Source: Sedimentisphaerales bacterium (GTDB taxonomy: Bacteria > Planctomycetota > Phycisphaerae > Sedimentisphaerales > SM23-30). Taken from it: a DNA stretch of 64,000 nt. Shown in pieces: positions 8,608-18,024 of the stretch. Numbering within the stretch: position 1 is the first letter of the stretch; the number at the start of each line of letters is the position of its first letter. The notes under the pieces are model-generated. The model worked only from the letters and a program-made list of their open reading frames with translations. It did not search any database and had not been told where the DNA came from. A program made the translations under genes and the position numbers. Where the stretch lies: the NCBI GenBank assembly GCA_963666285.1, contig OY762711.1; one strand, given 5' to 3'.

Positions 8608-9645
8608 ATGTCAGATGTACTAGACCAGGATGAGGTAGATGCCCTACTAAATGCTGTAGCAGGCGGCCAGATAGAAGGCAGCGAAGATGATTTAGGTGAT
8701 TCAGATTCGATGATGGCAGCCGAATCAGGCGGTGAGGTTGCCTATGTCCAAAAAAACATCAAAAGTTACGATTTCAAAAGACCTGAAAGGGTAAGTAAAG
8801 ACCAGATTCTGGCTCTCGAAGGACTACATGAGCGATTTGCGCGTAATTTTGGTGCTCTACTCAGCGGGTATTTAAGAACAATTGTTGAATGTAAAATAAG
8901 ATCTGTAGAACAATTAACGTATGCAGAGTTTACATATTCGCTACCGACTCCAACCAGTTTTTCTCTTTTAGACGCTATCCCACTTGACGGTCAAATATGT
9001 CTGGAAATAAGTCCGCTTATAATCTTTCCTATTATTGACAGGATGCTGGGAGGTGGTAATGCAGATATGTATGTACCCCAAAGGGCGATGACACAAATTG
9101 AACAGAGGCTGGCTAACAGAATCCTTGACAGGGCTTTAGATGCATTAAAAGAAGCGTGGAATAATGTAACAGAAATAGAGTTTAATGTCGTTCAAAACGA
9201 GTCAAACCCCCAGCTTATTCAGATTGTAGCTCCCAATGAAGTTGTAGTAGTAATAGGATTTGAAGTTAAGATGGGTGATAAGTCAGGTTCAATGAGCCTG
9301 TGTTTTCCGTTCAATGTAATTGAACCTATAATGAGCAGATTGACCAGCCAGGACTGGTTCAGCTATAAGAAGAAAGTCGATAAAGAAGGTTTCCGCGATA
9401 GTATGATTGAGAACCTTGAAAGAGCTAAACTTCATTCACGCGTATACCTTGGTAACACAAAGATTAGAGTAAGTGACCTGCTGAACCTCGAAAACGGTGA
9501 CCTGCTGAAATTAACTAAACCGTCAAATTCTGACCTTGTTATGCAAATAGAAGGTAAAAGTAAATTTGCTGGCAAAATCGGCCAGTTCAAAGGCCATCGC
9601 GCATTTAAGGTAACACGTAAATGTTTTGCCGGAGAAAGAGTATAA
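8608..9645 (+). CDS. fliM: Flagellar motor switch protein FliM
   Basis: MSDVLDQDEVDALL (CheY-binding peptide), YDFKRPERVSKDQ, ESNPQLIQIVAPNEVVV and a C-terminal SpoA domain. Confidence 0.95.
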   Translation: MSDVLDQDEVDALLNAVAGGQIEGSEDDLGDSDSMMAAESGGEVAYVQKNIKSYDFKRPERVSKDQILALEGLHERFARNFGALLSGYLRTIVECKIRSVEQLTYAEFTYSLPTPTSFSLLDAIPLDGQICLEISPLIIFPIIDRMLGGGNADMYVPQRAMTQIEQRLANRILDRALDALKEAWNNVTEIEFNVVQNESNPQLIQIVAPNEVVVVIGFEVKMGDKSGSMSLCFPFNVIEPIMSRLTSQDWFSYKKKVDKEGFRDSMIENLERAKLHSRVYLGNTKIRVSDLLNLENGDLLKLTKPSNSDLVMQIEGKSKFAGKIGQFKGHRAFKVTRKCFAGERV

Positions 9646-9745
9646 TATATTATAATATGATTACTATCAGGATCTTTATAAGTTTAATCGAGACCTGATT
9701 TATATAAATCGAAGGGTAATAATTGCCCTCCATTTCCTATGTCTT

Positions 9746-11089
9746 ATGGATTTATTCAGCGAAAGTGAAGAGAAAAATATCAGCGCAGCCAGACCCCTGG
9801 CAGTACGAATGCGACCGGAAGCGATCGAAGACGTTGTCGGCCAGAGTCATTTTCTCGCACCAGGTAAGCTGATGTGGAGAATGCTTCATGCCGACAGGCT
9901 GACCAGTCTAATATTTTATGGACCGCCAGGAACCGGTAAGACCACTTTAGCCCATGTAATAGCAAATCACACCAAGGCAGAATTTATTGCAAAAAACGCG
10001 ATATCTGCCACAGTTGAAGATATTCGAAAAGTATGTAAAGAAGCACATGACAGGTTAGCAGCAGAAGGCAAACGTACCGTTTTACTTCTAGATGAAATCC
10101 ACAGATTCAATCGAGCCAGGCAAGATGTTTTGCTTGCCGATGTTGAGAGCGGTACGATAATTCTTATTGGCGCGACAACTGAAAATCCGTTTTTTTCGGT
10201 AAATTCTGCCCTGGTAAGCAGAAGTACCCTATTCGAATTTGAGCCAATAAATGAGAATGATATTAAAGAATTGCTCCGGCGTGCCTTATCAGATACCAAT
10301 CGCGGTCTTGGAAAATATAACGCAACAATTTCTGATGAAGCCCTGTCATTTTTGGCTGTAAGATGTGATGGTGATGCCAGGAAGGCTTTAACCGCCCTGG
10401 AAGTAGCAGTAGTCAGCCAGCGTGCATTTGATCCGGATAAGGCAATTGAAATAAGCGAAGAAATGGCAGCAGAGTCTATCCAGAGAAAGTCTCTGGTTTC
10501 AGATAAGAGCGGAGACACACATTACGATCTGGCCAGCGCCCTGCAAAAGTCAATGAGAGGAAGTGATCCAGACGCAACAGTTTACTGGCTAGCCAGGCTT
10601 ATTGTCGGAGGAGAAGATCCCAGGTTTATCGCGCGTCGAATATGCATATGTGCCGCTGAAGATGTCGGAAATGCAGACCCAACTGCAACAATCTTAGCGT
10701 CAGCAGCCGCTCAAATAGCAGAATTTACAGGCTTTCCCGAAGCTCAACTGCCATTGGCCCAGGCTGCGATATACGTTGCCTGTGCTCCTAAAAGCAATGC
10801 AGTTACAAATGCTGTAATGTCAGCCAAAAGTGATATCGAAAACGGCAGAACAGCACAGGTTCCCGCTCATCTGAAAGATGCTCATTACTCCGGAGCCAAA
10901 AAACTTGGCAGAGGTGAAGGCTACAAATATCCTCACGCTTATCCGGGAGGATACGTAGTTCAGGATTATATGCCGGAAGAGTATAAAAAGAAATACTATG
11001 AACCGAAGAAGCAAGGAAGAGAAATACGAATCGGCGAATACCTGGCACAACTAGATGAATTTATTAAGAATGTAAAAAAAGGCAGCTGA
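9746..11089 (+). CDS. rarA: Replication-associated recombination protein A (MgsA/RarA)
   Basis: PLAVRMRP, GPPGTGKTT, DEIHRFN, GATTENP, KSMRGSDPDA, YKYPH. Confidence 0.95.
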   Translation: MDLFSESEEKNISAARPLAVRMRPEAIEDVVGQSHFLAPGKLMWRMLHADRLTSLIFYGPPGTGKTTLAHVIANHTKAEFIAKNAISATVEDIRKVCKEAHDRLAAEGKRTVLLLDEIHRFNRARQDVLLADVESGTIILIGATTENPFFSVNSALVSRSTLFEFEPINENDIKELLRRALSDTNRGLGKYNATISDEALSFLAVRCDGDARKALTALEVAVVSQRAFDPDKAIEISEEMAAESIQRKSLVSDKSGDTHYDLASALQKSMRGSDPDATVYWLARLIVGGEDPRFIARRICICAAEDVGNADPTATILASAAAQIAEFTGFPEAQLPLAQAAIYVACAPKSNAVTNAVMSAKSDIENGRTAQVPAHLKDAHYSGAKKLGRGEGYKYPHAYPGGYVVQDYMPEEYKKKYYEPKKQGREIRIGEYLAQLDEFIKNVKKGS

Positions 11090-11110
11090 ATTTAATAACT
11101 CAGCCGCCTT
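11074..11110 (-). terminator. Intrinsic terminator of tkt (overlaps the rarA stop)
   Basis: Minus strand AAGGCGGCTGAG-loop-TTCAGCTGCC-TTTTTTT. Confidence 0.7.
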
Positions 11111-11137
11111 GATTATAACAACATATCTATATCGATC

Positions 11138-13138
11138 TTATTTGCCTGAAACTTCCCTGGCAGCTGCAACAACAGCCTCAACAGTAATGCCAAAGAATTC
11201 AAAACACTTGGCATACGGGCCAGAAGTTCCAAATGAATTCATACCAATAAACTTACCGTCAAGACCAATATATTTAAACCAGCCGCTATCGACACCAGCT
11301 TCAACACCAACACGTGCCCTTACAGCAGGCGGAAGCACTGAATCTTTATATGACTGGTCCTGTTTCTCGAAAAGTTCCCAGCTAGGCATAGAAACAACCT
11401 GGGCTGCAATATTTTCTTCTGCCAGCTTAGCAGCAGCATCCAGTGCCATACTAACCTCTGAGCCAGTAGCCAAAAGAAGCACATCAGGTTTATCCTGCTT
11501 AAGCACAATGTAAGCACCCTTCTTAACGCCTTCAACACCATCAGTTTTGGCAACTTCCATAGTCGGCAGATTCTGACGTGTCAAACAAAGAGCAACCGGC
11601 CCTTCAGCATTATTAAGAGCGTACTGCCATGCGTACGCAGTTTCATATGCATCAGCCGGCCTGAAGACTGTCATGCCAGGCATGGAACGCATAGAAGCTA
11701 TCTGCTCAACAGGCTGATGAGTTGGGCCATCTTCGCCAACACCAATGCTGTCATGTGTATAAACATATGTAACAGGGTGTTTAGATATAGCAGCAACCCG
11801 CATAGCCCCACGAAGATAATCGCTGAATACCAGGAATGTACCGCCATAAACCTTCAGAATCTTAGAAGCTGCGATACCATTCATGATAGCACCCATGGCA
11901 TGTTCACGAACACCAAATCTCAGATAACGACCATCCGGAGAGTCCTTCTGGAAATCTGACATGCCCGGCCAATTAGTAAGATTAGAAGCTGTCAGGTCAG
12001 CACTACCGCCAAGAATAAGCTCTGTCTTTGGCATGAACTCGCCAATAGTCATCTGGGAAGATTTACGCGTAGCAACCGAGCCACCTGCTTCAAATTCAGG
12101 TACAATATCATTAACATCAAAATCGAGCTTGCCGGCAAGAGCATCTTCAAGAAGCTTAGCTTCCTTAGGGAAATCTTTTTTGTATGCATCAAATAGAGCC
12201 TGCCATTGAGATTCCAGCTCAGAACCTTTATCGCAACAGTTCATCTGGGCATAAGCTTCATCCGGCACATAAAAACTCTTTTCAGTATCCCAACCAAGAT
12301 TCTGTTTTGTCAACTTGAGCTCTTCTTCACCCAGCGGCGCTCCATGAACCTTTTCAGTTCCAGCCATATTTGGACTGCCGAAACCAATAGTTGTTTTAAT
12401 TTTGACCAGAGACGGTTTAGATGTTTCAGCTTTAGCCTGCTCAATAGCCTTCTGAATAGCTTCGGTATCATTGCCATCGGGCAATTCGATTACCTGCCAA
12501 TCTAAAGCTTCAAAACGCTTAACAACATCTTCTGTAAACGATACGGATGTGTCACCATCAATTGTAATGCTGTTATCATCGTATAGAACAATAAGTTTGC
12601 CCAGACCAAGATGCCCGGCCAGAGATGCTGCCTCATGAGAAACACCTTCCTGTAAACAGCCGTCACCACAAATAGCGAAAATATTGTAATCAAAAATATC
12701 AAAACCGGGCTTGTTGAATTTAGCAGCCAGATATTTTTCGGCAATTGCCATACCAACACCATTTGCAATTCCCTGACCTAAAGGACCGGTAGTTACTTCT
12801 ATACCAGGAGTAGAATGACCGAATTCCGGGTGACCGGGAGTTTTGCTGCCTATCTGGCGGAAGTTCTGTAAATCTTCAATGCTAAGATCGTAACCGGTCA
12901 GATGCAGCAATGAGTAAATAAGCATACTGCCGTGGCCGGCCGATAAAATGAATCGGTCTCTATTTAGCCAATCAGGGTTTTTAGGGTTATGTCTTTGGAT
13001 TTTTGTCCAAAGAGTATATGCAGTGGCCGCCATACCCATCGGCATGCCAGGATGACCACTTTTTGCCTTTTGCACACCTTCAGCAGAAAGGATGCGTATA
13101 GCGTTGATACATTGTTGTTCTACAGCCTTATCAGCCAT
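11138..13138 (-). CDS. tkt: Transketolase
   Basis: SGHPGMPMG, RDRFILSAGHGSML, TTGPLGQG, GDGCLQEG, GVREHAM, THDSIGVGEDGPTHQP. Confidence 0.97.
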   Translation of the reverse strand: MADKAVEQQCINAIRILSAEGVQKAKSGHPGMPMGMAATAYTLWTKIQRHNPKNPDWLNRDRFILSAGHGSMLIYSLLHLTGYDLSIEDLQNFRQIGSKTPGHPEFGHSTPGIEVTTGPLGQGIANGVGMAIAEKYLAAKFNKPGFDIFDYNIFAICGDGCLQEGVSHEAASLAGHLGLGKLIVLYDDNSITIDGDTSVSFTEDVVKRFEALDWQVIELPDGNDTEAIQKAIEQAKAETSKPSLVKIKTTIGFGSPNMAGTEKVHGAPLGEEELKLTKQNLGWDTEKSFYVPDEAYAQMNCCDKGSELESQWQALFDAYKKDFPKEAKLLEDALAGKLDFDVNDIVPEFEAGGSVATRKSSQMTIGEFMPKTELILGGSADLTASNLTNWPGMSDFQKDSPDGRYLRFGVREHAMGAIMNGIAASKILKVYGGTFLVFSDYLRGAMRVAAISKHPVTYVYTHDSIGVGEDGPTHQPVEQIASMRSMPGMTVFRPADAYETAYAWQYALNNAEGPVALCLTRQNLPTMEVAKTDGVEGVKKGAYIVLKQDKPDVLLLATGSEVSMALDAAAKLAEENIAAQVVSMPSWELFEKQDQSYKDSVLPPAVRARVGVEAGVDSGWFKYIGLDGKFIGMNSFGTSGPYAKCFEFFGITVEAVVAAAREVSGK

Positions 13139-13349
13139 TTTGATACTCCTCTATGTTTCAATAATTACTATGTTCAGCCGACATCTGACAGCTTACAATT
13201 AAAAACCTATTCACATTAGACAATTCAACAAGAAGTTGTCAAATGAAATATAATACAGACATTTGCCCTTCAAATCAAGCGTTAAACTGATTGTTTGCGT
13301 ACCATTTTGCGCAAACCAATAACCAATTAACGCCAACTGATCATAATTA

Positions 13350-14143
13350 GAGCTTGTCCGCAAATTATGATTTTTGAATAGATAGTATTTTCGGCATGGT
13401 TTCCGGTGGTATTTTTGGCTGTAATTACACAGGCAATGTATTTTGCTGGTGCACTTGACAGATTTGTCGGTTTCAGCGCGCAGTATTTCTATGGAATTAT
13501 CAAATAGAATCCAGATTTAAGCCACTTTTCCCCGTTCTTTTTCCTGGGCAAGTTTTATTCTGGCCAGAACCCAGAGATTATGAGACAAGATACTTAATCC
13601 CATGTGGACTTCACGGTTATCAAAACCCTTCTGTTTCATAGGCGAACCACAAAAACAATTACTCAAAATACTGATTCTTGCTTCTGTCTGACTGCGTCTT
13701 ATTTGAGCCTGCCTGAAAGCATCTTCCTGAAGCCTTTCTGCCAGCAATGCCGGATCACATGGACAAACCGCATTGAATATGTCATTTTTCTTCATGTATT
13801 GGCGATTCTTTGCACTATCAAAACCACGGTCACCTGCCAGCAGATTGACTTTACAGCCAAGCTTATCCTTAATACGTTTATGACCAGACTCAAGCATTGT
13901 TTTATCGGCAGGTGTCTGATCGCGATAATACTTCCAGGCGACGATCAAACCGTCAGGTTGTTCTGCTAGATACAGCTTATTGCCAAACTCAGTCTCAGCT
14001 CCGGCTTTGCGGCGAACTATCACATTGACATCAGGTTCGTATATACTCAATATCTTATCTTTATTGTCAACCCTGCGGTTTCCGATTATGCGTTCATGAG
14101 CTTGTTTTACTGCATCAGCAAGTTTACTTATAACTCCGGTAAT
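13350..14143 (-). mobile_element. Truncated IS (DDE transposase C-terminal half, IS5/ISNCY-like) with one terminal inverted repeat
   Basis: KQAHERII...DKILSIYEPDVNVIVRRKAGAETEFG...LAGDRGFDS...RRSQTEARISIL, stop at 13517. The end sequence GAGCTTGTCCGCAAAT at 13350 is preceded by TTA. The N-terminus and the other end are absent. Confidence 0.8.
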
Positions 14144-14209
14144 ATAACCATAGACAATGCCATTTGAATTTTGGCGAGTACAATAAGAAGGAAGTTTGAA
14201 AGTTGACAT
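14144..14209 (-). pseudogene. Possible tyrosine-integrase N-terminal stub fused in frame to the transposase fragment
   Basis: AAAGGG RBS, then MSTFKLPSYCTRQNSNGIVYGY, resembling the ..PSY... N-terminal arms of planctomycete integrases; it lies about 120 bp past the tRNA-Val 3' end. Confidence 0.35.
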
Positions 14210-14326
14210 TTCGCAGCCCTTTCTAAGTAATTTGTATGCACTGTGCATACATTTTCATACTTATAACTGCTATGCCAACCGCTGACAGTTAACTATAACT
14301 CTTTGTTTCAGCTGGAGTTAAAAAAA

Positions 14327-14400
14327 TGGGCGGTATTGGACTTGAACCAACGACCTTCTGGATGTCGACCAGATGCTCTAGCCAACTGAGCTAACCGCCC
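14327..14400 (-). tRNA. tRNA-Val(GAC), CCA not encoded
   Basis: GGGCGGTTAGCTCAGTTGGCTAGAGCATCTGG-TCGACAT-CCAGAAGGTCGTTGGTTCAAGTCCAATACCGCCCA folds as a full cloverleaf. Confidence 0.95.
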
Positions 14401-14611
14401 CAATAGTCGAAGATGTTAAATAATAACGATTTTAACGAAAATCTCAAGGATAAATTACAAAAAATATAACTATAAATATCTGCCCTGTTTATACCTAAAT
14501 CTTAGCTTTACCTCGGCTTTGCGCAAAAACACTCTAAATATCAGCTATTACAGGATTTAATAACGTGCTGATGCCTTGATTATCAAGGGATTTTTAGTGT
14601 ATAATCGTGGG

Positions 14612-15478
14612 ATGGATATAGAAAGTATAGAAAATGTCTGCGCCTGCAGTAAAGAAAATGTCATTACAGGCACCATCTTTGACATTAAAAGATTTGCAAT
14701 AAACGATGGCCCCGGCATACGAACCACCGTATTCCTGAAAGGATGCCCGCTCAGATGTCAATGGTGCCATAACCCGGAAAGCATCAGCCGAAAACCTCAA
14801 CTGACTTTCCGTTCAGGTTTTTGTATTCAATGCGGCACTTGCATCGATTCTTGCCCAAACAATGCAATAAAAATGGAAAATTCTGATAAAAAGATATCGA
14901 TCATATCTGAATTATGCACTGATGATGGAATATGTACACAAGCTTGCCCAACTGATGCACTAACCCTGACAGGAAGAATTGTGACATCTGATTATATTTT
15001 ATCAGAAGTTATTAAAGACTCTGTGTTTTATGAGCAATCAAACGGCGGGGTTACCTTTTCCGGAGGAGAGCCGCTAGCCCAGGCTGATTTTCTATGTGCA
15101 TGCCTGAATTTATGTAAAACTAATAATTTACATTGCACAATTGATACTTCTTGCTATGCAAAATCCGACACAATAAAACGTGTCGCTCAATATGCCGACT
15201 TGTTTTTATGTGATATAAAGCATATGGACCCAGATATCCATAAAAAATATACCGGTGTGGATAATAGTCGTATATTAGAAAATATTACTTTGCTTTCAAG
15301 ACTTGGAAAGCAAATTATTATTAGAGTACCTTTAATACCAGGTATAAATGACTACCTGGAAAATCTTGAAGAAACTCAGGCATTTGCTGATAAACTTGAC
15401 AACGTAATTAAAATCGACCATTTGCCGTATAATTCAGGTGGTAAAGAAAAAAAGAAAATCCTGATCAGTATGGCATAA
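14612..15478 (+). CDS. Glycyl-radical enzyme activating protein (radical SAM with 2x[4Fe-4S] insert)
   Basis: DGPGIRTTVFLKGCPLRCQWCHNPE, CIQCGTCIDSCP, GGVTFSGGEPL. The ATG at 14612 is preferred to the TTG at 14576. Confidence 0.93.
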   Translation: MDIESIENVCACSKENVITGTIFDIKRFAINDGPGIRTTVFLKGCPLRCQWCHNPESISRKPQLTFRSGFCIQCGTCIDSCPNNAIKMENSDKKISIISELCTDDGICTQACPTDALTLTGRIVTSDYILSEVIKDSVFYEQSNGGVTFSGGEPLAQADFLCACLNLCKTNNLHCTIDTSCYAKSDTIKRVAQYADLFLCDIKHMDPDIHKKYTGVDNSRILENITLLSRLGKQIIIRVPLIPGINDYLENLEETQAFADKLDNVIKIDHLPYNSGGKEKKKILISMA

Positions 15479-15506
15479 TTTCATAATTGTTTTTTGCTGG
15501 AGTTAA

Positions 15507-17879
15507 ATGATGTTGACCGAACGAGTAAAAATGCTTAGAAAAATCAGTACCAAAACTGAACCATATATTTCAACTGAAAGAGCCGAATTAGTAACGCAAT
15601 TCTACAAAGAAAATGCTTCTGCTGATTTGCCTAAACCAATTTTACGGGCGAAAAACTTTTTCAATATCATGGCCAACAAAGCTGTGTATATCGGTGACGG
15701 AGAACTGATTGTGGGCGAAAGAGGACCTGCCCCAAGAGCTGTTCCTACATACCCAGAAATATGCTGTCACAACATCGATGATCTTGAAGCATTAAACAGC
15801 AGGCACAAAAACCCGTTCAGGATCAACGACCAGGTTCGTAATACCTATACAAAAGAAATAATGCCCTTCTGGTATAATCAGGGCAAAACTATGCGCGAAA
15901 AGTTATTCGATTCTATGACCCCAAAATGGATGGAAGCTTTTGAAGCTGGTATTTTCACTGAATTCATGGAACAAAGAAGCCCTGGACATGCTATTTGCGA
16001 TGACAAGATCTATAAGAATGGCATGCTTGACTTCAAAGCCAGAATCGCTGATGTTCGCTCGAGTCTTGAACCTCAAAACAATGATGAAGACAAGTCAAAA
16101 GACATCGAGTTACAGGCAATTGACATTGCTGCTGATGCTATTATTCTCTTTGCCAATCGTTGTGCTAAAAAAGCACTTGATCTGGCTTCATTAGAAAAAG
16201 ATCCGGACAGAAAAGCAGAACTACAGCTTATTGCCGACACCTGTAGGCATGTACCGGCTAACGCGCCACGCACTTTCCATGAAGCTCTGCAAATGTACTG
16301 GTTTGTTCACCTCGGAGTTATTACTGAAACTAATCCATGGGATTCATATAACCCTGGCAGACTTGACAGAAATCTCTATCCTTTTTATAAAAATGACATT
16401 GAGAATGGTACACTTACCGAAGAGCAGGCACGTGAATTATTACAATGCTTCTGGGTTAAATTCAACAACCATCCAGCACCGCCAAAAGTTGGAGTTACGC
16501 TGGAACAAAGCTCAACTTATACTGATTTTTCTCTTATTAATGTTGGCGGCCTGGATCAAAACGGTGAAAGCTGCATAAATGACGTCTCACATATGGTTCT
16601 CGATACTATAAAAGAGATGAAAATGACTCAACCAAGTGGTTGCATCCAACTGAGCGAAAAAAATCCGGACAGTTTCTTGAAACATGCATGTGAAGTTATA
16701 AAAATTGGAATCGGACAGCCATCATGTTTCAATACTGAAACTATTGTCAAAGAAATGCTTCATGATGGTAAAACATTGGAAGACGCTCTAAATGGCGGTG
16801 CCAGCGGCTGCGTCGAAACAAGTGCTTTCGGCAAAGAAAGCTGCACTCTTACCGGATATCTTAACTGGGCTAAAATTCTTGAGGTAACCCTTAATAATGG
16901 TATTGACCCTAATACCGGCATACAAATTGGAATTGAAACCGGCGACCCAAAAACTTTTACTAATTTTGATTCTATTCTGGAAGCTTATCATAAACAGCTC
17001 AGATACTTTATTGACGTTAAAATCGAAGGAAACAACACTATAGAGCGATTATATGCTGACAGTTTCCCTGTTCCATTTAAATCACTTCTGGTTGATGACT
17101 GCATAGCCAAAGGTGTAGACTACCACAATGGTGGTGCCAGGTATAATACAACCTATATCCAGGGCGTCGGCCTTGGCATTACCACTGACTGCCTGAGTGC
17201 GATAAACAAGCATGTTTTCCAGGACGGCAGGTACAGTATGGATGAATTACTGGATGCACTAAGCAATAATTTTGAAAATAATGAGATCATGCGGCAGATT
17301 CTTTTGAATAAAACTCCGTGCTTCGGCAATGATGAACCAGATGCTGATTCTATAACGGAAACAATTTTCAAATATTACCTCGACGCCATCGACGGAAGAC
17401 CTAATACCAAGGGCGGCAGTAATCGCATTAACCTGCTGCCAACTACCTGCCATATTTATTTCGGCGAAGTTACCGGTGCCCTGCCTAACGGCCGCAAAGC
17501 CGGCATACCTCTCAGCGATGGTATTTCACCTACACAAGGATCCGATAGATTAGGACCAACTGCGGTAATCAAAAGTGCCGCTAAAATCGACCACGCAAAG
17601 ACTGGTGGAACTTTACTGAACATGAAGTTCAGCCCTCAAATGTTCAAAAAAGGAAATATCGAAAATTTAATGGCACTTATCCGGGCATATTTCAAAATGG
17701 GCGGACACCATATCCAATTTAATGTAGTCGATGTTGATACTCTTAGAGAAGCTCAACAGCACCCCGAACAGCATAGAGACCTTATTGTACGTGTTGCCGG
17801 ATACAGCGATTATTTCGTCGGGTTAGGCGAAGGTCTGCAAAATGAAATTATCAACAGAACAGAGCAGCAGACACTGTAA
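15507..17879 (+). CDS. hypD: Glycyl radical enzyme, trans-4-hydroxy-L-proline dehydratase-like
   Basis: FTEFMEQRSPGH, NPWDSYNPGR, SSTYTDF, SGCVE, LTGY, LPTTCHIYFG and VRVAGYS match HypD-type active-site motifs. Confidence 0.8.
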   Translation: MMLTERVKMLRKISTKTEPYISTERAELVTQFYKENASADLPKPILRAKNFFNIMANKAVYIGDGELIVGERGPAPRAVPTYPEICCHNIDDLEALNSRHKNPFRINDQVRNTYTKEIMPFWYNQGKTMREKLFDSMTPKWMEAFEAGIFTEFMEQRSPGHAICDDKIYKNGMLDFKARIADVRSSLEPQNNDEDKSKDIELQAIDIAADAIILFANRCAKKALDLASLEKDPDRKAELQLIADTCRHVPANAPRTFHEALQMYWFVHLGVITETNPWDSYNPGRLDRNLYPFYKNDIENGTLTEEQARELLQCFWVKFNNHPAPPKVGVTLEQSSTYTDFSLINVGGLDQNGESCINDVSHMVLDTIKEMKMTQPSGCIQLSEKNPDSFLKHACEVIKIGIGQPSCFNTETIVKEMLHDGKTLEDALNGGASGCVETSAFGKESCTLTGYLNWAKILEVTLNNGIDPNTGIQIGIETGDPKTFTNFDSILEAYHKQLRYFIDVKIEGNNTIERLYADSFPVPFKSLLVDDCIAKGVDYHNGGARYNTTYIQGVGLGITTDCLSAINKHVFQDGRYSMDELLDALSNNFENNEIMRQILLNKTPCFGNDEPDADSITETIFKYYLDAIDGRPNTKGGSNRINLLPTTCHIYFGEVTGALPNGRKAGIPLSDGISPTQGSDRLGPTAVIKSAAKIDHAKTGGTLLNMKFSPQMFKKGNIENLMALIRAYFKMGGHHIQFNVVDVDTLREAQQHPEQHRDLIVRVAGYSDYFVGLGEGLQNEIINRTEQQTL

Positions 17880-18024
17880 AAACTCATATAACCTGTTTTC
17901 AGTTAGCTACATTATTTCGATAAAATAATTTTGCAGCTCGACGGCACATCCTTACCCAATACCAGAATTTTAAATACTAATCCCACTTTCAAACTGCCCC
18001 GCCAGTCAGTTTGAATAAAATACG

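Noticed and set aside
13293..13316. GTTTGCG...CGCAAAC inverted repeat upstream of tkt
   Set aside because: It could be an operator or a terminator remnant beside the IS end; a single short instance cannot be assigned.
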